Shown here: in pieces, positions 11,287-22,313 of the stretch
How positions within the stretch are numbered: position 1 is the first letter of the stretch
How the letters are laid out: each line of letters starts with the position of its first letter
Assembly (NCBI GenBank): GCA_001949185.1
Contig: BDGG01000003.1
Location: forward strand, 2,359,663-2,423,662
Length of the DNA: 64,000 nt
Source: Ramazzottius varieornatus
Lineage: Eukaryota > Animalia > Tardigrada
Direction of reading: 5' to 3'
The notes under the pieces: generated by a model
Told to the model about the DNA's origin: nothing
What the model saw: the letters and a program-made list of their open reading frames with translations, nothing else
Database searches by the model: none
Made by a program: the position numbers and the translations under genes

Positions 11287-13802
11287 TCACGAACCGTGCG
11301 AGGCAGATATAGCTTCGCGCAAGGCACTCTGTAGATCGATAATCAACCGAAAGGTTGCGTCTGGATCCTGCAACACATTCAAAGCTTGTCAAGCCAGAAA
11401 CCACAGCTGATAAAAACACAAAATTCTGGATAGATTATCCGATTTTCTTACGTTTAAAGTTTCTTTCGTTGGAGACTTCAAGATCTCGGTTAGCCTCTCA
11501 TGATCCCAAGAACTTCTTCGGAAGAGCGAGGTAGTATCGCTGAGCCCGTTTCGATGACCGTTCGTCATCTGGAAAATAACAATCTTATATTCATAATCAG
11601 AATTATCAGCGATTTTTATTGCGCCGCATTTTGGTTCCCATTCATTTTTTTGTATTTGCGTTACCTTGGAAGAAGAGTTTTCAGGGACACCGGTAAGGCT
11701 TTGAGCAAGGTTCTTTACGTCACGGACTGCACTGATCATCTCTTCCAGCGAGAACTCATCGATGTGATACATCAACGGAGGTTCAGCCAGTTCTTCGCCT
11801 TGCGAGAACACCCTGTTATTTTCATCCTGCGCTAATCTTTCCATGAGCCGATTTGAGTCCTCATAATCAGATTCGCTGTTTTCTCGGCCATTCATCAATC
11901 GTCGAGCTCCACCAGGCAAAACGCTTGCCTTCTCCCTGCCGCTCTCAATATCGAACTAGAAAAAAAGCACATCAATATGAAAATTAATAATAAAATGCAT
12001 CAGCCTGCGTACTGGATGCGGCACATTAATTTAGTACGCGCTGCAACCAGGCAGGTACTGTATTACCTCTAAGGTTTNNNNNNNNNNNNNNNNNNNNNNN
12101 NNNNNNNNNNNNNNNNNNNNNNNNNNNAAACCTTACAGGTAATACAGTAGATGTCGCAGAGACACAAACGACTGTCATTCACCTGTATACATAGTACCGC
12201 ACGTTCAGTAGTGTGCGTCTGTATGCAGGCGGATGCCGCGAAAGCAGTATCTTTCCGTAACCGTTTTCAACAAGGCACGCGAACTTACCATCTTGATATC
12301 ATCATGGGGCATCCTGTCGCCGTCACCTGCCATTTCTTCCTGACTGGATTGTCCATCGTCCACCAGGTAGGAGTCCGTTGCCATCAGTTGTGAAACACCC
12401 TGGGAGATCTTTCTGACAGGCTTCTGGGGCTGATGGAAGGTCTGCTGCGACTTTGACATTGCCGCTTGAGCGAGAGGACCTCGTGGTGAGGTTGTCGTGC
12501 TGTTATTCTGAGGAGGGCGAAGACCTGGCTTAAAAGCTGCTGGTACAGGCGGAGGTACTTGCGACGGCCTGGTTATAGACGAAGCGAAAGGTTTCTGCGT
12601 TGGATGCGACAACGGACTTTCCTTCCCTGAAACAACAGGTAAAATATCAAAAAATAATCTTTCTAACGCTTTTCCCGCTTCATGATCGAATATCCAAAAA
12701 TCTGCCCGTAAAACCAGTTTGATAAAATACTCAACAATGAGCAACACAAAGTGCAAACTTTCGAAACGAACTCACCAATACTGGATGTCGCTTGAACTTT
12801 CTCCAAAGACCCATTGAAGAAGTTGTTTCTGGGTGTCAGGGACTTGCTGCTTCCAGTAATCGAACTTGTCGAAGTCTTCAAGGAGTCAGCCGACGTTTCT
12901 TTCTGCCCGCTTGCAGAACCTAGCCTGGATTTCAACTGCTGTCCGGAACCGGAACCCGGTCTCGGTATTCCTCCATTCGTCGTCAGCTGCAGGTCCGGCT
13001 TCATGACTAAACCTGAACTCGTCGAGATCATCACGTTATCCGTATCACCTAAACAGAAAAATCATCCCGTGAAAATCACTAAAGACTTTACTAAACAAGA
13101 AATTTAACGGGACGCCTGAACGTTACCATTGTTTTGTGAAATGAGGGTACTTGGTGGGACAGCCATCCGAGTTGTCTGCATTCCCGGAGGTCTCGGCGAG
13201 AGAGCCGGCCGCACTCCCGTTCCCGCGAGTGGCGACGGCGTCTTTGTGAAGGAGGCCAGAGCCGGAAGTCTCGATGGCGGCGACGAATATCCATATCGCG
13301 GTAGGCTGCCATTGGGATGCAGCAAAGGCCGTTGCTGGCCAGGTTGCGGAAGGAAAGACTGACCCGGAAGTCGGCTAAAACTCTTGTTCTCATCCATCGG
13401 AGTGGGTGTACCGAGCTCGGACGCCGTCTCGATAGTTGCCAAGGGTGCTACTATGGTCGTCTTTCGAGTGGCGTCGGGGGTTAGGAGCTGACTGGGTCGA
13501 GAGAACTTGATTTGCGACTGGGCGGAAGTGGTCTGGCTGCTGGCTTCGTTTGATTGGATAAGACTGCGTTGATTGGTGGGATCGTTCAGCTGTGTTTGGG
13601 TGGTGTCTGTAGGGAGACTGGCTTGTCGGCCACCCTTGACCACTTCGTAGGTGGACTCGTCGGACGCGGCCAGGTTCTTCAGACGGTTTTCTGAAGCAAG
13701 AAGGGAAGTCTTACGCATAGACGAGGAGGCACTGAAGCCTTTGCGACTGTCGGTAGTAGCAACCTCTCCATTGGGCATCTTGGAGGACGTACATCCACCC
13801 AT
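11287..13802 (-). CDS. Uncharacterised Ser/Pro-rich protein with N-terminal MGGC acylation motif, multi-exon
   Basis: Consecutive minus-strand ORFs (13104-13802, 12663-13034, 12205-12756, 11389-11919) with splice signals; starts MGGCTSSK. No recognised domain; 3' end uncertain. Confidence 0.6.
12056..12149. repeat. Inverted repeat flanking a 50-N assembly gap inside an intron
   Basis: tactgtattacctctaaggttt (12056-12077) and aaaccttacaggtaatacagta (12128-12149) are reverse complements with 1 mismatch. Confidence 0.85.
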
Positions 13803-15830
13803 AGAGAGAACTTATTCAGGAAGAACGTTATAAGCCGCCAAAGTCTACGGAAAACACGCAGCTATGAGAATGGAGAAAGCGGAAATGCAGCAAATAATAC
13901 TTTGTGGAGAGAGTGCACAAACTCTGTAAATGTTTGGCATGCAGGGATAATGGACAGCCAGTGATTTGATCAGACGCGATGGTGTCGAGCCACGGGCGGA
14001 CTGGTTTCCACCACCAGCAGCGAAAGCGTCACTCCGAGGAGAAGTGCGCGGCGATTATGGAGGCAGTAAGGATAGTAATGTCTCACATCGTGCAAATATA
14101 CACCACTGGCACACTGCAAAGCAAAGAGTATAAACAGTCCAGTTATATCAGCCGCGATCCAATCAATCAAAGTGCAATGCTATCCACAATTCAATTAAGC
14201 ATTCCACTGCAAAAAGATCTCTAAAGCCGACCTGAAAGCTGGTTCAAAATTCGGAAGCGGCGGCGCGAGCGATTGTACAACCGCGAGCCTCAGATGCAAA
14301 AAACAACCATGCTCGTCTCAAGTCGTCTTAATAAAAAAACATCCGCTGAAGCTCGCACAGCACTAATACCATAATTCTGCACGCTTGAGAGGCTACTTGA
14401 AGCACCGAACATCACGAAGGATCTTTTCTACTTGCACTACGAGTCTTTTACCTCGTCTTGAGAACAGCTGGTGAGTCCCACAGAGACGATTGTACGGGAC
14501 GGTGTAATTTCCGCTCGTGCTGACGGATGGAAGGAGGCTGGATGGTAATCAGGCGTTCCCCAACCTAAACAAGAAAAAGCGAATTTATAGCCAAATTTGA
14601 GCAGCGTAAACGTCAAATTGTGCCACACGCAAGTATCAATCATTTAGGTGATGAAGGCAGGTTCAAAGGCTCACGAGAACATCGATAACAAACTGACGAG
14701 AGGGTATATGTTTACTGTCGATCAATCGTCAATTTAGGGCAATATGAATCTCGTCCTTGGTCAGACAGAAGCCTCCTGGTGCTTTCAGCCCAAATCCAGC
14801 TTCATCCCAGGATAAAGGAGCGGCAGGAGGCAACACCTAATTATACTCCGATCGAGTGATCGGCACTGATTGCTGATAGTTTCCTTATAATTAATAAAAA
14901 TCATTGATTTATACTTCATGGCTCTTTATTTGATAAAGATTAAAGAGATCGATGATGACCACTCACCGAGTACAGAAGACCGGTCACTCTTCCTCCACTG
15001 AAACAGTAGGATCACTTCTGGACAGTATTGATATCCAGCAAACAAAGGGAGAACCACAGAGGTCTAAGGATCGTCAGAGATGGATTCAGGAAGAGCGGAG
15101 GATCAGGATGGAGATGACTGATGACAATCCTGGCAGAATCACAACCAAAACAATCCGTGACCTATGGGCTGGCCTTAATGAGAGAAAAACCCGCGCCACC
15201 GGCTTAGCCTCTTGAACGGTACGAGTTTCACCCGACGAACCGTCTGAGGAAGTCGGTAAGGGTCACTACAAAGCAGGAGCCCCCGGAAATCGCACTTGGG
15301 GAACTTAGGTAGGTCCGTGAAGTCTGACCTCACACGCAACCGGAAGTTCACGCAACGAACCTTACACAAAAGTTACTGTACCATCTTTATCGATCTTCCC
15401 GTCGGCATCAGGTCTTTCGCCGTGTCTGGAATTTCGTCGTACTGCTCCCTTTACATTATCTTTACAGGCTGTGTATCGACCTTTGTTTAGCCCAAAGGAC
15501 AGATCAGATATACATCAGGCACACTGCACAGCTTCTTCATTCTTCGGGTAAGCAATGTGGCCTAATGAGCGGAAGTTAGTAACCTCTTAACTTGAACCTT
15601 CCTGAGGATGTACAGGTAACCGTGTTCGCGATAAGAGTTCCATCTAACCATCTTCATTGTGCCTTAGCGGAGCAGTCACTGGTAGCCTTACTGGGCTGTG
15701 TTGCAGGCACTTGACTGACAGCTTTCACTCACGCGTATATTTATCCAAGCCGTGATTTCCGGTCACTCATCGATCCAGTTTGACGCTTATTGGATCAGTT
15801 ATCAAGCCTAGTCTTCGTTTTCGGTTAAAC

Positions 15831-16353
15831 ATGTCGGCCACGGAGGAGATAAATTTCGAGCAGACACTAGTGACAGAAACTCTGCACGAAGGTTCGGACG
15901 AGTCAGCTGGTGATCATGGCATCAATGCGCCATCAAGTAAGTGTCAACCGGAAGTCGACTGTTTTCTTCCGCTTTCGTCCAGGAAACTCTTGCTGTGTCA
16001 CCTGACATCTTGTTTTAGTCAACCCGAAGTATGGAGGTGCTACAGCTCGTCCCGTCGCAGTCTCCAGCTTCCTGCAGAAGCGACTGCAGAAAGGCCAGAA
16101 GTTTTTCGACTCTGGAGACTACAATATGGCCAAATCGAAGCAAAGCCTTAAGCCACATCTTGCTTCTGGCGCTCCCAACCCGTCGGCAACAGTCAAGCGC
16201 AACTTGCCACTTCTATTACCTCCAGGACAAGATGAGAATCCCGTACCTGTCTTGACACCTGACGACCTTCCTCATCATTCGCATCCAGCACACGAACCGA
16301 GCAAGCTAGTCACTGATCAAATCCACGCGCATGCTCCCACATCCGCTTCTTAA
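15831..16353 (+). CDS. ENSA: Alpha-endosulfine / ARPP-19 family; 2 exons (intron 15937-16018)
   Basis: Spliced frame gives KYGG...[22 protein letters not shown], the Greatwall phosphosite motif FDSGDY; intron phase checks out. Confidence 0.95.
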
Positions 16354-17487
16354 ACGGTAAAGTTAAACCATCCACTTCCTGACATATGCAGCTTGTTCTA
16401 AGCGGACAGGAATGAACGATATCACGATGTATATAGCAGCGCTGATTATAGTTTTCCAATGCTTTTAGTAATGCAGGTTCCACTAGTCTTGGTGTCCATT
16501 ACTAGTCTAATCATTCACCTGTTTTTCTTGGTTTAATACTACCTCACTTGTGAAGTCTGTACTGAGGGTTCGCCGATGCTTAAGTTAGTATTCTTCGTCT
16601 GCGCTTGACCATACAGAAACGATTATTATCATAACAGGTGCAACAAGGAAGTTTAATATGGCGTAAGGTTTCCGTACTTTTACAGTGTATAATGTTGATT
16701 TCATTTTACGTAGTACTCCTTCTTAGACCGGTGAATTCGATGCAGCGCTACGTCTGCTACAAACTTACGTAAAAAACAAATTCATCTGCTTTCGTGCCGC
16801 GGATGAACCAGTCAAATACAGTAAAATTACTCGTCTACCGAAATATTTCCAGTGGAAAGAAACACTGCTGATTAAAACTGTTCCAGATTTGAAGCTGGGA
16901 AGCTCCGGTCTTTTCCATGGTGTCCAAGCAGGCGGGCTGGTGTCGGCGTTATTCACATTCAGAATGACGGTGAGGTACTTGCCGAAATTTTGTGCGTTCT
17001 GGTTCGCCGTTGTGGCCACCGCCAATCATTCAAGCCCTTGTCCAGATTCTGGAGAACCTTGGTCTATGATAGAATTATTAAACTTACAACGTACGAAACC
17101 AGCTTTCGTTCTCGATGAAAAGTATTACCAGTCATTGCTCCATTGGCGGCTTGTCGCCAGTTCCTTTGACGGGATCACTTGCATGCAGCGCTGCCTGCTG
17201 GGTCACGAAAACGGCCTTTCTGATCAGCGTCAGGCACTGGGTACCGGTAATGCTCCCGCCATTACACGATCCCACCGCGAACATTTTGTTGAAGACGGCA
17301 TCGGTGGTAAGAATGATGTCGACGAAGAAGCCCGTGAGAGGATCCTGAACATCCGCGTTGGCATTCTGCTTGGCGAAAGCTTGCAGAGCCACTTCGGCCT
17401 TACCGATTGCCCTGCTCCGTTCCTGTGATGCAATTAATCAACGACAACCTGTAAGGTTTTTGACTTTTTGTCATGAAAAGTATAATA

Positions 17488-18617
17488 GGTCGGGATCACA
17501 ACAGGGAGGGGAGCACTCTCGTACAGAGAAATTTCTGAGGCGCTGCCCGGATCCCTTCCTAGAGAAAATCTTGAGCGATCTTCCGACTTCGGAAATCGTT
17601 TTGCATGTTTTGATTGAAAGGATTTGCTCTTGGTCATCCCGCCATCGGGGATATTTTTCTTGATTGTCCGCACGCTACAGACCAACCCGCCCACCGTGGT
17701 CTTTGGACTCTGACGTCAGCAGGCAAAAAATGAAATCTGTTGCGTGCGTGAAATGTAAAAGGTACCGGCACAGACGATATTCTTATCGGTCTTCTGGCAT
17801 CTGACCTTCATGCTGCACGTTGGAAAACGATAGAGTCGAGACAACTTTGTTGTCTTCTCCTATCCCAGCTGGAAAGTATGAAGAGTCAGCCAGGAAAAAA
17901 AACTGGAGAGATAAGAGCTTCCATCAAACACAAGCGAAAACCGTCTCCTCAGTTTTCAAATGCACCACAGTGTTCTACAATAGCGTATACCGTAGTCTGA
18001 CAAAACTAACAGGAAGCTGAGAGATGTCTTCCAGTTCTTCTCTGTATCCCGTGGATGTGAGGCATATTGCTCATTTATGGAAAGTGCTGGGTCAGTCGTT
18101 TTTTGGGTCGAATAAATATACTCTGACCATTTTTCAATCGGTTTGAAGTCACAGTGGTAGGGCGGCAGACGAACTGTCTCGATGCCTTCTTCGGTCTTCC
18201 AGTTTTTTTTCCTGGCTGACTCTTCATACTTTCCAGCTGGGAGAGGAGAAGACAACAAAGTTGTCTCGACTCTATCGTTTTCCAACGTGCAGCATGAAGG
18301 TCAGATGCCAGAAGACCGATAAGAATATCGTCTGTGCCGGTACCTTTTACATTTCACGCACGCAACAGATTTCATTTTTTGCCTGCTGACGTCAGAGTCC
18401 AAAGACCACGGTGGGCGGGTTGGTCTGTAGCGTGCGGACAATCAAGAAAAATATCCCCGATGGCGGGATGACCAAGAGCAAATCCTTTCAATCAAAACAT
18501 GCAAAACGATTTCCGAAGTCGGAAGATCGCTCAAGATTTTCTCTAGGAAGGGATCCGGGCAGCGCCTCAGAAATTTCTCTGTACGAGAGTGCTCCCCTCC
18601 CTGTTGTGATCCCGACC
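17488..18617. mobile_element. Foldback-type non-autonomous DNA transposon: 420-bp TIRs around a Tc1/IS630-like transposase remnant
   Basis: 17488-17907 and 18198-18617 are near-perfect inverted copies (one mismatch noticed). The centre encodes on the minus strand GIETVRLPPYHCDFKPIEKW, resembling the LPPYHCELNPIE motif around the catalytic Glu of DDE_3 transposases. Confidence 0.85.
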
Positions 18618-19041
18618 CTTAATAGGAAAGGATGCGAACTTTGGACCTGACGTCACGACCCGAGTTGTCGGCTCCGGTCGGTACAAAAGTTTCAGGTATT
18701 GATACCTTGTACCGATCGGGTGAGCACGACAACATGTTAAGGAAATCGCAAACTTGTAGTTGTCCTCAGGTATTTCGCGAAATGAAAACAAAAGTCGTCC
18801 TGTGGCTCTAAGTAAGTTGCTGCCTGAACTTCTCCTGAGCTGACGTCCCTTCTTGAAGTTGTCCTGGAATTCTCATTATCCTGAGTACTAGGATATCTTG
18901 GAACCAACATGTCATCGCGACAACAACATCCGCGTATCACGGTTTCTTCATCGCCAGAACAGGTAGGGTGTCCCGGTATCATGAGATAGCGCTGTAAATT
19001 CTTATCTTGCGTCAACGTATGTCTCTTCTGTGTAGGGTGAA

Positions 19042-21794
19042 ATGGACGAAGAAGATGAATATCAGAAAGAACGAGACAGTCAGATGCGGCGTCAAAGAGA
19101 AGAGGCTCTTAAGCGAGAAGATACGCGGACTATTCAGACGAAATATCCCAAAAATATCCGCGAACAAGATCTTCGAGAAGCTCGTCGACGACGGCTAGGT
19201 ATAAGAGGTTTTCGCTCAACCCGCAAGCATACTCGGCTATTATTGAAGCCTATAGCTTGATGACGCCAGAAACTGTTCCGTGAGACGGCAACATCTAACC
19301 CGATATTCTGTTTATATGATGGTTTATTTACAGAATCTAATCCCGACGCACCGGAAAGAGACATTTCCGGTAAGCCCTTTGATATGCCATCATCGTCCAG
19401 ATCAAAAGGAAACGCGGAGCTGAACCCTCGGAAGGATGACTCAGAGTCTCGCAAGCATCAACGAAGTGACGGTTCGGGTGTGGCTACTCGAGAAAGGCGA
19501 CCGGAAGTGACAGAAGGTAAACGAAGACCATCACCTGCCACGGCCAGATTGCCAACAGACTCCTTTGCCACACAACGACCAGATGATCGTGGATCAAGCA
19601 AGCGGCATCATCGTTCGCCGTCGCCTGATCGAGGCAGCAGAGCCGTTACGGCCAGTGTTTCTGTTAGGGAAAACCATCGAAGGAAGGACCCTTCTGGGGA
19701 ACCGCCTCAACGTTCCGCGAATGGCGATCGATCTACTAAACGAAATGTCGATGATAAGCAACGTACTAGGCATAGTATGAAGAACTCACCATCTGGAGAT
19801 GATTGTAAAGTAAGGCAGAGATCCCTTGAAAGAAGGCATGGTGAAGACAGGCGAAGAACGTCTCCTGCGAAGGTTGACAAGTCGCCTTCTGCTGGCTCGC
19901 GCAGGAAAAGTCCGTCAGTTGAGGAAATGAGAAGGGGCTCGAAGGTTGTCGATGAAAGCGAGACGCTGAGTTCTGACGCGACGGACTCGGATAGCGGCTC
20001 GGAAGTGACTAAAGGAGATGTGAGAGATGAAGAACCTCCGTTCTATGGACCAGCCAAACTCGACGAAGAAGACGAAGACTCGGATAACGCCCTACCGGAA
20101 GTGGGCCCGATCGATGAAGTCAACAGGAAAATGGAGATCGAACCCGAACGCTCGTTGTACGACGACTTGCCACCTTACTTTCCCGGACTTGACGGTAAGT
20201 TCTCTTTCATGGAAAGAAAACTCAGAGCTGGGCAAACAAAACGTACAAGAGCGTTATCTCGAGCGGTGCACCCTTCCAGCCAATAATATCGAGGACGTGC
20301 GCCACTTAGGATAGCCATCTTGTACATTTTGTTTGCTCAGGTCCTACTGCGAAACAACCTGTAAATGGCTGTTGCAACAGGTTGTCGAAGTGTGGACGAG
20401 TTCGAATGCATCAACAGGATCGAAGAAGGAACCTACGGGGTCGTTTATCGGGCTCGAGACAAACGCACGAATGAAGTGGTCGCCTTGAAGAGACTCAAAA
20501 TGGAAAAAGAGAAGGAAGGCTTCCCCATAACCAGCCTTCGCGAAGTCAGCACGCTCCTCAAAGCCCATCATCCCAACGTGGTCACCATCAAAGAGGTGGT
20601 AGTAGGCCATAACATGGACAAGATCTACATGGTCATGGAGTTTGTGGAGCACGACCTGAAAGCCCTGATGGAGACTATGCGAGGTCCCTTCTCTATTGGT
20701 GAAGTCAAGACGCTCATGCATCAGCTTCTCAGTGCCATACGACATCTCCATGATAACTGGATCATACATCGAGACCTAAAAACGTCGAACCTGCTGCTGA
20801 ACCATCGAGGGATACTGAAAGTGGGGGACTTTGGTCTGGCGAGGGAATATGGGTCACCCTTGAGACCGTACACGCCTGTGGTGGTCACTCTGTGGTACAG
20901 AGCACCAGAACTTCTCTTGGGGATCAAAGAGTATAGTACGCCGATCGATGTATGGTCGTGTGGCTGCATCTTCGCCGAGCTCTTGACGCTCAAACCACTT
21001 TTCCCCGGAAAATCGGAAATTGAACAAATTACAAAGTGAGTTAGATTAGGCTGACACGTAAAATCAAATTGAGATTGGAAATTGAGAACACTCAGAACAA
21101 CTTTAAAAGGCGATTGTGCTACCGCCTCTTTCGATCGGAGTGCACCTTACCGCTGTTTTAATGTTTGTTTTCCCAGGATTTTCAAGGAACTGGGCAACCC
21201 GAGTGAAGCGAACTGGCCAGGCTTTTCCGAGCTCCCGCTCGTGAAGAAAACGACCTTCCTGGAGTATCCCTACAACGTGCTGAGGAAACGCTTTCCACCG
21301 ACCGTGCTCACTAAGTCCGGATACGACCTCTTGACGCGTCTCTTGGAATACAACCCGAAGACGCGGATAACAGCCGAGGAAGCTCTACAAGATATTGTAA
21401 GTTCGAAGGCTCAGTTAGTGACTTGGCTACCACCAAACGATCTGTAGACTAAATGTCGTGGGAACGTTCAGTAATCGCACCTTCTTACAGCACTTTCGAG
21501 ATGTTCCACTTCCAGTCGACCCATCCATGTTTCCGACCTGGCCTGCTAGGAGTGAACAAACTCCTCGGGGTCCACGGAATAACACACCGAAGCCACCCAG
21601 GTACGCAGTGCTTCCTCTCGCTGTTCTTTGACAACTCCCCGATTTTACATTGATAACTCCGCTATGCTTACAGTGGTGGGAAGATGTACAAGGATATCTC
21701 GAATGCTGACGACGGCATTGATGGCTTTAGAATGGCTCAGCAGAAGACTTCTGCTAGCTCGTACAAGAATGAAGGTTTTCAGCTTAGATTCTAG
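19042..21794 (+). CDS. CDK11: Cyclin-dependent kinase 11 (PITSLRE), multi-exon
   Basis: Arg/Ser/Asp-rich N-terminus; [55 protein letters not shown]-terminal GFQLRF*. Confidence 0.97.
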
Positions 21795-22313
21795 TTTTGT
21801 CGAAGCTACTGGTGTCTTGTCGGCTCTTCTATGATTGTTGTATAAACGTACGCTGCAATGCGCAATTACAAATTTTGCTTGAATTACATTACGGTGTGAA
21901 AACCCAGATCGTGCTAATGCCGTCTGGCATGAGTGCCATCCAGAAAACATCGAAGAGTACGAGTAACTTGCATCGCATTACAGTCGTGCTACAGTGTGAC
22001 ATTGCGAATTTACGATATGCATTGCGCGTGATATGGTCCGCAGTTATCGCAATCCCGTATTTGCCCCAGAGAGCAAAATTGCCATCTTCCCGAATTTGCG
22101 AAATCCTTCCCGATTCTTCAGAATCCTGAATTCAGATTCCCGCTGTGCGCCTCGTTTCTTCCTGCCTGCAACCTGTGTCATGCACAATGTCCTATTCTGC
22201 CTGTTCTTTACTTCGAGAATGAGCTGCTGGTTATAACTATCCCACCTACGGATACGGGAACATATTGAGGACAATGAACACAATTCCTGACATCAGTGTC
22301 ATGACACAACGGC

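Noticed and set aside
15560-15660. Possible minus-strand frame with an in-frame TGA (selenoprotein idea) upstream of ENSA
   Set aside because: No recognisable selenoprotein homology, no SECIS identified, and the exon structure is speculative.
16765-17430. Overlapping ORFs on both strands beside the foldback element
   Set aside because: No recognisable domain and no consistent splice chain.
17434-18650. Duplicated ORFs (MGGLVCSV..., MENDRVET...) as genes
   Set aside because: They are mirror by-products of the 420-bp inverted repeat.
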